Below, one piece after another: positions 9,297 through 18,522 of a DNA stretch of 64,000 nt; positions within the stretch are counted from its first letter, which is position 1; every line of letters starts with the position of its first letter. This DNA is from an uncultured Gammaproteobacteria bacterium. Its GTDB lineage: Bacteria > Pseudomonadota > Gammaproteobacteria > Arenicellales > Poriferihabitantaceae. The notes beneath the pieces are model-generated. The model saw only the letters and a program-made list of their open reading frames with translations, did not search any database and was not told the DNA's origin. The stretch is taken from NCBI GenBank assembly GCA_947259885.1, contig CAMYNW010000018.1, positions 77,061 to 141,060 of the forward strand. The letters are read 5' to 3'. The translations under genes were made by a program, and so were the position numbers.

Positions 9297-9710
9297 TTAC
9301 ATCTCGTCCAAGGCTTTTTGAAAACGATTGGCGTGTGAACGTTCCGCTTTGCCGAGGGTTTCAAACCAATCGGCTATTTCATCGAAACCTTCGCCACGGG
9401 CGGTCTTCGCCATGCCTGGATACATGTCGGTGTACTCGTGGGTCTCACCGGCAACTGCCGCTTTCAGGTTGTCCGAAGTAGCACCAATGGGCAGACCGGT
9501 AGCGGGATCACCGCATTCTTCCAGATATTCGAGGTGACCATGGGCATGTCCGGTCTCTCCTTCTGCAGTGGAACGAAAAACCGCTGCCACATCGTTATAA
9601 CCTTCAATATCCGCTTTTGCAGCGAAGTAGAGATAACGACGATTTGCCTGAGATTCGCCTGCAAAGGCGTCCTTCAGGTTTTGTTCTGTTTTTGAATCTT
9701 TTAAACTCAT
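9297..9710 (-). CDS. Rubrerythrin family protein (ferritin-like diiron, no rubredoxin domain)
   Basis: [30 protein letters not shown]...[14 protein letters not shown]...[11 protein letters not shown]...ERSHANRF diiron ExxH motifs. The ATG at 9708-9710 is preceded by AGGAG 8 nt upstream. The ORF-track extension to 9821 has no support. Confidence 0.85.
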   Translation of the reverse strand: MSLKDSKTEQNLKDAFAGESQANRRYLYFAAKADIEGYNDVAAVFRSTAEGETGHAHGHLEYLEECGDPATGLPIGATSDNLKAAVAGETHEYTDMYPGMAKTARGEGFDEIADWFETLGKAERSHANRFQKALDEM

Positions 9711-9811
9711 TGAAAAACTCCTGATTAAGCGTTTATCGAATATGCCTAGCGGCATGGGTCTATTATATCGATCCCGAATGATTAATCTAATTGATTGTTT
9801 TAAACATAATA

Positions 9812-9826
9812 ATAGTTTCATACTAT
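9812..9826. promoter_or_regulatory. Candidate LysR/OxyR-type half site ATAG-N7-CTAT upstream of rubrerythrin
   Basis: ATAGTTTCATACTAT lies about 100 nt upstream of the rubrerythrin ATG, in the 139-bp divergent intergenic region. Only one dyad matches; no adjacent second dyad at the expected spacing. Confidence 0.25.
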
Positions 9827-9849
9827 CATTGAAGTATTCAAACCCCTGG

Positions 9850-10433
9850 ATGCATCAATATTTGACAAAGAACATTATAATTACCGGGTGCCCCAGCGGC
9901 ATTGGCGCTTGTTTAGCCGCTGGTCTCAAGTCGCGCGGATATCGTGTGATTGCCAGTTGCCGGGACCAACAAGACGTTGATCGGCCCAAAGATCAAGGGC
10001 CGGAAACCATCCATATCGATCTGGCCGACTCGGCAAGCGTGGAAAGTGCCTTCGAGTACATCGCCGAAAACTGTAACCGGGGCGGGTATTCGGCCTGGTG
10101 AACAACGGCGTTTATGGTCAACCTGTCCCTATTTCCAGTCGCTTTAGGCACAACCCCTACCGCACGGTCAGGCAAAACATTGACCGCGATAACAGCGAAT
10201 TCGGCATTATTTATAAAAGTGTCGAAAAACGCCTCAAACAAACAGAAATACCGCGTTTTACCCTGCCACCAGAGGCCATTCTAAAATCAGTAACTCATGC
10301 GCTTGAATGTCAGCGCGCCAGGGTACGATACCGGGTCACCTCGCCGACCAAGATCATGTCAGTTTTAAAACGAATACTTCCCGATCGAATGATGGACGCA
10401 TTGCTGGAAGTCAACAGCGATCAACATAAATAA
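9850..10433 (+). pseudogene. SDR family oxidoreductase remnant (frameshift plus loss of catalytic core)
   Basis: The N-terminal Rossmann part (NIIITGCPSGIGACLAAGL) ends in a stop at 10101. The +1 frame continues GRVFGLVNNGVYGQP, with the shift at the G-run near 10078-10086. The sequence then jumps directly to PISSRFRHN...FTLPPEAILKSVTHALE (C-terminal region). The segment that should hold the catalytic Ser and YxxxK is absent. Confidence 0.65.
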
Positions 10434-10451
10434 CACCTTTCACTACTCTCA

Positions 10452-12485
10452 ATGGCAACATCTTACAAAAGACTATTTGAACCACTGCCGCTCAGACACA
10501 AAACACTGCGCAATCGCATTGTGTTTGGCGCGCATACCGCAAATATGGCGGAAAACGGTATGCCTGGGGAGCGCCATCTGGGTTACTACCGAGAGCGCGC
10601 AATCGGGGGTGCCGCCATGATTGTGGTTGAACCCATGCCAGTGCACCCTGCGGCTGTATTGACCCGAGGCAATTTTCTTCCTAGCGATGATGCCGTAATT
10701 CCAGCTTTTCGATTAATCACAGACGCCTGTAAACAGGAAGGGGCAGTCATTCTTCAGCAGCTTTACCATGTTGGCCAACATGGTGATGCCGACAATTCGT
10801 ACTTTCCCAATTGGTCGGCTTCCGGTAAGCCCAGCTATCACGATTCAGATGGCAGCCACTGCATGACCGAAACGGAAATCGAAGAAACCATTCAGGGATT
10901 TGTCCAGGCCGCGAGACGCTGCCATCAGGCAGGTTTCGACGGCGTTGAGGTCTGGGCTGCATACCACGGGATGGTCGATCAATTCTGGACGCCGTGGTCC
11001 AATCAGCGCACCGATAAATGGGGCGGGTCACTGCAGAATCGCACACGCATGTCCCGCGAGATCCTGACTCAAATAAGGAAAACCTGCGGGGACGATTTTA
11101 TTGTCGGTTTAGGCATCAACGAAGAACCTGACGTCGAAGTGGCGCTGCATAACGAAGCTTTAGCAGAGATTATCGATCTACACGACCGCGATCAGATGAT
11201 GGATTATGTCACCTGTGGCACCGGCGGTTATTTCGATTTCTACAAACTGATGCCGACTTTCCTGTACGAAGAAAAACTCGGCTTAGCCCTGCCTGCCCTG
11301 CTCAAAGCCACGGTCAGGCACGCAAAGATCATGGCGGAGAGCCATATTCGAACGCCAGATAATGCCGAGTCGGTACTGTCTGCCGAACAGGCCGATATGG
11401 TGTCGATCGTGCGCGGTCAGATTGCCGACCCACATCTGGCCAACAAGGCTGCGGCCGGGCACCCGGAGGACGTGCGCGGCTGCCTGTCCTGTAACCAGAT
11501 GTGCTGGGGGCGACGCTATCGTGATTACTGGATCTCCTGCCTGGTCAATCCCTCTGCAGGAAGAGAGTATCAGTGGGGAGGTGACCGCTTCGAGAGGACA
11601 GGGTCGAAAATTAAAGTTGCGGTAATCGGCGCAGGCCCGGCGGGGCTCGAAGCCGCGCGAGTGGCAGCCGAGCTGGGTCACGACGTTAGGCTAGTTGAGG
11701 CCAGCGACAAGCTTGGAGGCCAGTTCCGATTGGCGGGTCTGCAGCCGCGCAGAGCCCAAATAATTGACTTAATCGAATGGTATCGGCGTCAGCTTGAGAA
11801 ACTAGGCGTTAAGATTATGTATAACAACCCCTTGGATGCAGATGATGTCATCAACCTGGGGGCGGACCAGGTCATTACCGCAACCGGATCGTTACCGACC
11901 GAGACCGGGTTTCAAAAAGTATTGCCTCAATTCGAACGATTACCGGGCTATGACCCAAGGAGCATCTGGTCGGTGGAAGATGTGATGGGCAACGCCGCCA
12001 GACTTGGTGAAAGAGTCGTCGTATTGGACGAGGGAGGCAACTGGCGTGGATGCGGCACTGCCTGGAAACTTGCTGAGGATGGGTACACCGTCACAATCGT
12101 CACACCGGATCCATTAATAGGCAAAGAGCTGCAACGTACCGCCGCGGACTTTCCGTTGCGTCAGAGACTTAAATCCCTTGGGGTAAAATTTATCTGTGAA
12201 TCCGCCATTAAGGAATGGACAAGTAAAGGACCAACAGTTTTATCTCTACTGGATCAGTCTGAATCGTTAATTTATGCCGAGTCTCTAGTCCTCGCAACTA
12301 CAAACGATGCACAAGATTCGTTGTGGCGCGATTTGATTGAAAAAAATGTTGATGCTATCAATATCGGAGACAGTGTTGCGGCGAGACAGGCGCCGTTCGC
12401 AATCTATGAAGGGAGAAAGGCAGCTCTTTCCTTGATACCAGCAGAGAGTGCGAAATCTACTTCTAATCCTCCGAGGCATACCTAG
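10452..12485 (+). CDS. NADH:flavin oxidoreductase / 2,4-dienoyl-CoA reductase family protein (OYE-like FMN domain + 4Fe-4S + FAD/NAD(P) domain)
   Basis: 677 aa. OYE-like N-terminal TIM barrel, CLSCNQMCWGRRYRDYWISC (C-X2-C-X3-C-X11-C) cluster motif, and VAVIGAGPAGLEAA dinucleotide fold. Confidence 0.85.
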   Translation: MATSYKRLFEPLPLRHKTLRNRIVFGAHTANMAENGMPGERHLGYYRERAIGGAAMIVVEPMPVHPAAVLTRGNFLPSDDAVIPAFRLITDACKQEGAVILQQLYHVGQHGDADNSYFPNWSASGKPSYHDSDGSHCMTETEIEETIQGFVQAARRCHQAGFDGVEVWAAYHGMVDQFWTPWSNQRTDKWGGSLQNRTRMSREILTQIRKTCGDDFIVGLGINEEPDVEVALHNEALAEIIDLHDRDQMMDYVTCGTGGYFDFYKLMPTFLYEEKLGLALPALLKATVRHAKIMAESHIRTPDNAESVLSAEQADMVSIVRGQIADPHLANKAAAGHPEDVRGCLSCNQMCWGRRYRDYWISCLVNPSAGREYQWGGDRFERTGSKIKVAVIGAGPAGLEAARVAAELGHDVRLVEASDKLGGQFRLAGLQPRRAQIIDLIEWYRRQLEKLGVKIMYNNPLDADDVINLGADQVITATGSLPTETGFQKVLPQFERLPGYDPRSIWSVEDVMGNAARLGERVVVLDEGGNWRGCGTAWKLAEDGYTVTIVTPDPLIGKELQRTAADFPLRQRLKSLGVKFICESAIKEWTSKGPTVLSLLDQSESLIYAESLVLATTNDAQDSLWRDLIEKNVDAINIGDSVAARQAPFAIYEGRKAALSLIPAESAKSTSNPPRHT

Positions 12486-12633
12486 GTTCGATAAACGCCC
12501 CGTTCACTTGCAATATATATGCAATTTATCCGCCCAGTAATAACTGCTTTTTTACTGCTTGCCCTGCTCCATTCAATTGTCACGATATATAAACGGTCAT
12601 TTATTAGTTTCCTTACACACTCAACCGACTTAC

Positions 12634-13695
12634 TCAATGGGTGCGCATCACACCAGTCTCATGAAACTCTTCCAGTTGACTGATATACGGCTCAATATTG
12701 AATCCATTTGCCTTGAGCCAACTATCGTTATAGTACGTATCTAAATAGCGCTCGCCACCGTCACAAATCATTGACACCACGCTAGCCTCTTGATCGTGCC
12801 GTTCTAACTCGGAGATGATCTGAAATGCTGCATATAGATTAGTTCCGGTTGAGCCACCACAGCGGCGATTTAATAATTTTTCGAGAAAGTGAATTGTTGC
12901 ATAGGAAGCTTCATCCGGCACTTTTATCATTCTATCTATTACCGAGGAAATAAACGAAGGCTCTACCCTTGGCCTACCGATTCCCTCAATTCGTGAGCTG
13001 CGGGTGGAAGTTAAATCGGCATTTCCATTTTGGAAATAGTCGAAAAATACAGAATTTTCTGGATCAGCGATACAAAGATGAGTCGACAGGCGTTTATAAC
13101 GAATAAATCGACCTATGGTGGCGGATGTCCCGCCAGTACCAGCGCTAACAATGATCCAACCTGGTATCGGAGAGGGCTCTAAACTCATTTGGGCGAAGAT
13201 TGATTCAGCAATATTATTGTTACCTCGCCAATCCGTTGCACGTTCCGCATAAGTAAACTGATCCATGTAGTGACCTTTAAGTTCGCTGGCAATTCTTCCT
13301 GCTTCGAAATAGATATCCTTTGGTTCCACGAAGTGGCATTTACCATCATAGAAGGTAATCATATCGATTTTTTCCTGTGAGGTTCCTTTCGGAACAACGG
13401 CGATAAAAGGCAAACCCAATAGCCTTGCAAAATAAGCTTCAGAAATGGCGGTGTTTCCGGAAGAAGATTCTACTATCGTCGTCGCTTTATCAATATATCC
13501 ATTACACAGGCCATATAAAAAAAGTGAGCGGGCCAATCTATGCTTGAGGCTACCAGTAGGATGTGTAGACTCATCTTTCAGATACAAAGAGACATTCCTG
13601 AGCGCAGGCAATTCAACCTTTAGAAGATGTGTATCTGACGATCTCTTGAAATCCGATTCGATTCGGTTGATCGCCTGATTTACCCAATCTCTCAT
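12634..13695 (-). CDS. PLP-dependent cysteine synthase/cystathionine beta-synthase family protein (fold type II)
   Basis: 353 aa. PLP-lysine motif HPTGSLKHR, and the SAGTGGT glycine loop that binds the PLP phosphate. Confidence 0.8.
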   Translation of the reverse strand: MRDWVNQAINRIESDFKRSSDTHLLKVELPALRNVSLYLKDESTHPTGSLKHRLARSLFLYGLCNGYIDKATTIVESSSGNTAISEAYFARLLGLPFIAVVPKGTSQEKIDMITFYDGKCHFVEPKDIYFEAGRIASELKGHYMDQFTYAERATDWRGNNNIAESIFAQMSLEPSPIPGWIIVSAGTGGTSATIGRFIRYKRLSTHLCIADPENSVFFDYFQNGNADLTSTRSSRIEGIGRPRVEPSFISSVIDRMIKVPDEASYATIHFLEKLLNRRCGGSTGTNLYAAFQIISELERHDQEASVVSMICDGGERYLDTYYNDSWLKANGFNIEPYISQLEEFHETGVMRTH

Positions 13696-13865
13696 TTTTT
13701 TTCTCTATTCGATTTAACTGTAATTTTGCACATGATCGATCAATATAAACTCCAGCCAAACACGAACAACATAATCTCGATGATAAACAACAACCAGAAG
13801 AAAAATGCTGCCAAGTCAGAAGGAACCCCGTGTCCATGGTCACTAGCAAAAAACTCCATAAATCC

Positions 13866-14039
13866 TCAGCTGGTTAACCAGGCAAAAAACCTAGAAAAAA
13901 CTAAAAGAAATATAAAACACCCAAGCACCACCGCCGCCCCAGCTGCTTGTTGCTCAACGTTTCTCAGCCATATCAGCATAACGACAGAAAAGTATATGCC
14001 ATCCGCTACAGCTTTGTGTTTTTCAATCGGAATCACCAT
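13866..14039 (-). CDS. Possible small (57 aa) two-TM membrane protein, not in the ORF track
   Basis: My own translation: MVIPIEKHKAVADGIYFSVVMLIWLRNVEQQAAGAAVVLGCFIFLLVFSRFFAWLTS, with two hydrophobic stretches. It lies 80 nt downstream of the enolase-superfamily gene on the same strand. No clear SD. Confidence 0.25.
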   Translation of the reverse strand: MVIPIEKHKAVADGIYFSVVMLIWLRNVEQQAAGAAVVLGCFIFLLVFSRFFAWLTS

Positions 14040-14119
14040 GGAACTGAGCTGGTTTTCAATTACTTAACTTTCGATAGAACCAAGACAATCTGGATGTCGA
14101 CCGCGCGCCGTGGAAATTG

Positions 14120-15355
14120 CTAGTTTAATTCAGTAATTATTTTATTGTTGGCTGAATCCAGCGGAGTCTGACACATCTCAAGATGCAGTCTGCCACCTGT
14201 CTCATATGGGTGTGCCTCTAATACTTCTTCATTCAGTTCGATTCCGAGTCCCGGTTCCGCAGGTGCGATCAGATAGCCTTGATCCCATTCAAGTGGATGT
14301 TTCAGTATCGCGTCATGAAAACTGGTCTGGATCGTTTCGAGGATCAGAAAGTTTGGCAAACTGAATGCTAAGTGCGCGGCAGCAGCGTGGGCAATAGGAC
14401 CACAGTAAATATGCGGAGCAATCTGGGCGTTAAACAATTCTGCGATCACTGCAATTTTCTTGGTCTCCCAGATACCGCCGCTTCTTCCAATATCCGGTTG
14501 CAAAATGGATACGCCGGCCTTCAGCGCTTGATGAAATTCAATTTTAGTGGTGAGTCGTTCTCCGGTGGCGACCGGTATAGACGTAGCAGCAGCTACGGTA
14601 CCTATTGCATCCATTTGGTCCGGCGGGCAAGGCTCTTCAAACCAGAGTGGGTCATAAGGTTCGAGTCTCTTAGCGAGGCGAATCGCGGACGATGTGGTCA
14701 TCTGACCATGAGTACCGAATAAAATATCTGCTCGGTCCCCTACTGCCTCCCGAATACGCTTGATGTTATATTCGCTGCGTGAGAGTTCCTGCAGCGACAA
14801 TTCTCTGCCACCCTGGAAGCTGTATGGTCCCGCCGGATCTTGCTTGATCGCGGTAAACCCCATATCAATGTATTCGAGCGCACGCTCCGCTGCTGCATCA
14901 CCATCATGATATACATCAGGGGCACTGCTTTGGGTGGAACCCTCCGGGCCGAGATTTTTGGGATAAAGATAGGTATAGGTTCGTAACCGATCATGAAAGC
15001 GTCCGCCAATTAGATTGTAAACAGGTTGCCCGTTTACCTTTCCTAGAATGTCCCAGATCGCGATTTCGATTCCGCTAAAAACTCCCATCATGGAAACATC
15101 TGGACGTTGGGTAAAACCAGCGGAATACACTCTTCGAAACATGGTTTCAATATTTCTTGGATCTTCTCCTTCGATAAACCGTTCAAAAGTATCATTCACC
15201 ATTCTGCAGGCGATATCTCCTGAAACCGGAATGCCATAACACTCACCGATCCCCTCTATCCCATTATCAGTTGTGAGCTTAACAATCACCCAGAACGAAC
15301 CACCGATACCAGTTGGTGGAACAGTCACCCAGGTCTTTATCTCTTTAAGTTTCAT
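14120..15355 (-). CDS. Enolase superfamily dehydratase (mandelate racemase/muconate lactonizing enzyme family, galactonate/mannonate dehydratase-like)
   Basis: 411 aa. The N-terminal capping domain (GIGGSFWVIVKLTTDNGIEGIGECYG) and barrel region (LWFEEPCPP, VATGERL) are typical of the family. Confidence 0.85.
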   Translation of the reverse strand: MKLKEIKTWVTVPPTGIGGSFWVIVKLTTDNGIEGIGECYGIPVSGDIACRMVNDTFERFIEGEDPRNIETMFRRVYSAGFTQRPDVSMMGVFSGIEIAIWDILGKVNGQPVYNLIGGRFHDRLRTYTYLYPKNLGPEGSTQSSAPDVYHDGDAAAERALEYIDMGFTAIKQDPAGPYSFQGGRELSLQELSRSEYNIKRIREAVGDRADILFGTHGQMTTSSAIRLAKRLEPYDPLWFEEPCPPDQMDAIGTVAAATSIPVATGERLTTKIEFHQALKAGVSILQPDIGRSGGIWETKKIAVIAELFNAQIAPHIYCGPIAHAAAAHLAFSLPNFLILETIQTSFHDAILKHPLEWDQGYLIAPAEPGLGIELNEEVLEAHPYETGGRLHLEMCQTPLDSANNKIITELN

Positions 15356-15446
15356 GAGGTCGAAACGTCACAAGTTTCTGCAGTCAGATTACGGGCATTC
15401 TACCTTACGACTCACGAACACAGGACAACATGCTGTAAAGATCGCA

Positions 15447-16136
15447 TCAGGCGGGACCTGACAGGTTGATCTGTGTTTGTTTATTCAGTTTGGTAACGAG
15501 ATTACGGCTGATCAGGCTACTGAGCGAATGGCCGAGTTCCGAAGAAGATTGGATTAAGGTTGCTAGGTTGTTCTGTTCAAGCTGCAGTAATGTTGCATTA
15601 GTAGCAAGGACAGAGTCCGCGGTAGCAGGATCACCGGTTAAAAAACTCATTTCACCCAGTAGATCACCGGGTCCACATTCGGAAACTTTAGTACCGTCTA
15701 GCTTAATGTCAACCGTACCAGACAGAAGCATATAGATATGATCAACCGGCTGTCCGCGGGAAATTAGCCGTTCTCCGGCCTGGCCTTCAATATGTTTTGA
15801 AGCCAGTAGCAACCTTTTACACTCCGTTGGCCGTAAATTGGGAAAGAATTTCTGCCATAGATATTTCTCTTCTTGATTTAGTCTCAACTTGCGATCGTCA
15901 CGAATCAATAACAACCACTGAACAAGATTAGTGAAGGTAAAGCAGGATTCCCAGAAAGTACCAACGGGATCTCGCAACCAGATTACGTCATAGGCGATCC
16001 CAGCCAGCCCAGATAGAATTGCTAAAACACGGAGCATAAACATGCGACGCATGGCCATGGACAAGATCAGCAAGACATATGAAGCATTACCAACCATTCC
16101 ACCAGGGGAGAATGCAGATTCGAGAGTGAGTTCCAT
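15447..16136 (-). CDS. Membrane protein with three N-terminal TM segments and a C-terminal cyclic nucleotide-binding domain
   Basis: Three hydrophobic segments sit in the first ~85 aa, followed by the cNMP-binding fold (GDLLGEMSFLTGDPATADSV). The ATG at 16136 is preceded by AGGAA. The ORF-track start at 16184 is a TTG. Confidence 0.75.
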   Translation of the reverse strand: MELTLESAFSPGGMVGNASYVLLILSMAMRRMFMLRVLAILSGLAGIAYDVIWLRDPVGTFWESCFTFTNLVQWLLLIRDDRKLRLNQEEKYLWQKFFPNLRPTECKRLLLASKHIEGQAGERLISRGQPVDHIYMLLSGTVDIKLDGTKVSECGPGDLLGEMSFLTGDPATADSVLATNATLLQLEQNNLATLIQSSSELGHSLSSLISRNLVTKLNKQTQINLSGPA

Positions 16137-16303
16137 CGAGATTCCTGTAAAAGTAAAAGAAATTTCTGGATTAGCCCGGATCAAAGCATGAAGACCTCTG
16201 GCAAATCAAAAATTCTCTAAGAGTATCCCCGGAATGGATTCAATTCGCTAGTGCAAGTTATGGCTCCGACTTTTGAGGCGGCGCTGTAATATAGACAGGC
16301 AGG

Positions 16304-17191
16304 TTAGCGATTAATTGTAGAGTCGAGCCCCTGCAGCGCCTCGATTCTTTCATCCAGGTCAGGATGACTGCGGAATAGTCGCTTCAGACCGTTACCCCCT
16401 CCTCCAGAAATACCGAATGCAGCAAGTTGGTCAGGTAACTGATCAGGTTCATGTTGGGCCTGGAGTCTCCTAAGCGCATCTATCATCTTCTGCTTCCCTG
16501 CCAGATTAGCACCGCCCTCATCGGCTCGGAACTCTCTGATTCGACTAAAGTACATCACGATGATTGAGGCCAGGATTCCAAGTACAAATTGGGCGATCAT
16601 TGTGGTTATAAAATAACCGATACCATAGCCGCGTTCATTTCGGAAAATGGCCTTATCGACGATATTTCCAACGATACGAGAGAAGAAAATGACAAAGGTA
16701 TTTAGTACCCCCTGTATCAGAGTAAGCGTAACCATGTCGCCGTTCGCTACGTGACTGATCTCGTGCGCCATTACCGCCTCGGCTTCGTCACGGGTCATGC
16801 TATTCAAAAGTCCACTGCTGGCCGCAACCAGTGCCGCATTCTTATTCATTCCGGTTGCGAATGCGTTAACCTGGGGTGTATCGAATATCGCCACCTCGGG
16901 CATACCAATGCCCGCCGTATCTGCCTGTTTGCGCACAGTTTCCATCAGCCACGCTTCGGTCTCATTGTTAGGGCTTTCGAGCACCCGAGCGCCGGTTGAA
17001 CGCTTCGCCATGGATTTTGACATCGCAAGGGAAATAAAAGAACCAGCCATGCCAAAAATAAAGGCAAACAGCAGCATGCTCCCGGCACCACCTCCTACAT
17101 ATTGATCGAGTCCAAATATTCTGATCGCGACGCTGAGAACTAACATCACCGCCAGGTTTGTTCCGAGAAAAAGGAGAATACGAGAAATCAT
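16304..17191 (-). CDS. htpX: Zinc metalloprotease HtpX (M48 family)
   Basis: 295 aa. N-terminal TM helices and the [10 protein letters not shown] zinc motif. Overall collinear with HtpX. Confidence 0.9.
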   Translation of the reverse strand: MISRILLFLGTNLAVMLVLSVAIRIFGLDQYVGGGAGSMLLFAFIFGMAGSFISLAMSKSMAKRSTGARVLESPNNETEAWLMETVRKQADTAGIGMPEVAIFDTPQVNAFATGMNKNAALVAASSGLLNSMTRDEAEAVMAHEISHVANGDMVTLTLIQGVLNTFVIFFSRIVGNIVDKAIFRNERGYGIGYFITTMIAQFVLGILASIIVMYFSRIREFRADEGGANLAGKQKMIDALRRLQAQHEPDQLPDQLAAFGISGGGGNGLKRLFRSHPDLDERIEALQGLDSTINR

Positions 17192-17269
17192 CGACCGGGC
17201 TCCACAACATCGTTGAAATGTACTTGAGACATATTATAGCGCCTGAGACTAAGTCTCGATTCCATAATC

Positions 17270-17293
17270 AAAAAAAGCCTGATTTGGCTTCGG
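17270..17293 (-). terminator. Rho-independent terminator downstream of the peroxiredoxin gene
   Basis: Minus-strand RNA reads CCCGAAGCC-AAAUCA-GGCUUUUUUUG: a 5-6 bp stem followed by a 7-U run. It begins 2 nt after the stop at 17295. Confidence 0.55.
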
Positions 17294-17294
17294 G

Positions 17295-17777
17295 TTATAA
17301 CAAATCAAGAACTTTTTCGGCATTACTTACCTCAAATACAGGCCCATCCTCGACATTCAGGTGACTCACCACACCGTCTTCAACAATCATCGAATAACGC
17401 TGAGACCGAACTCCAAAGTGGCGCGCTGTCAGGTCGACATCGAGCCCAACGGCGTTTGTGAAATTTCCACTACCGTCGGCCAACATCAGAATTGTGTTTT
17501 CGACATTTTGCGCTTTTCCCCAGGCATCCATGACCCAGGCATCGTTGACCGAAAGACAGGCTATAGTATCCACTCCCTTGGCTTTGATCGCATCATGATG
17601 GACCACGAAACCAGGTAGATGGGCCGCCGAGCACGTAGGCGTAAACGCTCCAGGTAGCGCGAACAGGACTACCTTTTTTCCGCTAAAAATATCATCGGTA
17701 TTGATGGTTTCCGGGCCATCACTGCCCATCACTGCCAGTTCTACGCTGGGAATCTTGTCGCCAACTGATATGGTCAT
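17295..17777 (-). CDS. Peroxiredoxin, Prx5/PrxD type
   Basis: MTISVGDKIPSVEL...LFALPGAFTPTCS peroxidatic Cys motif. The ATG at 17775-17777 is preceded by AGAGGAAA. The ORF-track extension to 17906 is unsupported. Confidence 0.85.
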   Translation of the reverse strand: MTISVGDKIPSVELAVMGSDGPETINTDDIFSGKKVVLFALPGAFTPTCSAAHLPGFVVHHDAIKAKGVDTIACLSVNDAWVMDAWGKAQNVENTILMLADGSGNFTNAVGLDVDLTARHFGVRSQRYSMIVEDGVVSHLNVEDGPVFEVSNAEKVLDLL

Positions 17778-17918
17778 TGCATTTCCTCTTGAACGATTCG
17801 GATAAATTGATCCGGAGTAGCCAATGCCGGATTTTCTGAAAATTGATACTATCACCAACAACGTCATTAAAACGTCAACGCATTGATTGATTCCGGCAGC
17901 CAACACATCGATTCACTG

Positions 17919-18428
17919 ATGGCCTTGGCACAACGCTGGGTGGGGGACTGGGTAATGGTCCAGGTCCACCCCTGGACTTCAATCTATGTGTGGAAGACGA
18001 CCCCACTCTACAATCAGTTCGGCGAAACAGTTGGCAGACTTGATGCTAATACCATCTATCTGAACCTATACTCCACCTGCCCTGAGGAAGATTTGTTCCA
18101 CGAATTCGGCCACGCCTTTGCCCGCAAATTCGACCTGATTAGCCATCGTGGCAAGGGATTTCTGGGTCACTGGGAGCTGCGCCAGTTTCGATTGGTTGGG
18201 AGCGTGCGCCATCAGTGGCATTGGAGCAGATTGCTTGATCGTGTTAGGGCTGGTGCACCCCCTTGCACACCAGATCTCACTAGCGAGATCTGGGCCGAGC
18301 TATTTATGTGCTGGTATTTGTATCCCACACGCCAAGAAATCACCTTTATCGAGCCGGAAATGGCGCAATTGGAACCAGAACCTGTAATGCAGTCTATCGA
18401 CAAATTAGCAAAGTTGATAATGAATTAA
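17919..18428 (+). CDS. Hypothetical protein with HExxH (HEFGH) zincin-like motif
   Basis: About 169 aa from the ATG at 17919 (the ORF-track start at 17883 is a TTG overlapping the prx upstream region). No signal peptide. I recognise only the HEFGHAF motif. Confidence 0.5.
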   Translation: MALAQRWVGDWVMVQVHPWTSIYVWKTTPLYNQFGETVGRLDANTIYLNLYSTCPEEDLFHEFGHAFARKFDLISHRGKGFLGHWELRQFRLVGSVRHQWHWSRLLDRVRAGAPPCTPDLTSEIWAELFMCWYLYPTRQEITFIEPEMAQLEPEPVMQSIDKLAKLIMN

Positions 18429-18522
18429 CCACGACGTTTCATTGTAAGTCTGCTTTGAACCTGTCAGAACAACAGCGCAAATTACTAACCTGCTATTTAA
18501 ACAACAAACAGAATTATTGAGA

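Noticed and set aside
9711-9821. N-terminal extension of the rubrerythrin ORF (174 aa in the track).
   Set aside because: Homology starts at [12 protein letters not shown]. That ATG has an AGGAG SD 8 nt upstream, and the extension is unrelated basic sequence.
13726-14067. 113-aa plus-strand ORF in the 13696-14119 gap.
   Set aside because: The product is low-complexity (N/K/A-rich) with no SD and no recognisable family. A short minus-strand membrane ORF explains the same DNA at least as well.
17233-17238. A perfect TATAAT hexamer (minus strand) 42 nt upstream of the htpX ATG, next to a GAGACTAAGTCTC palindrome.
   Set aside because: There is no convincing -35 element at 16-18 bp spacing. A single hexamer is too weak to call a promoter.
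17778-17906. N-terminal extension of the peroxiredoxin ORF (203 aa in the track).
   Set aside because: The Prx5-type sequence begins at MTISVGDKIP, which has a good SD (AGAGGAAA). The extension overlaps the divergent promoter region.
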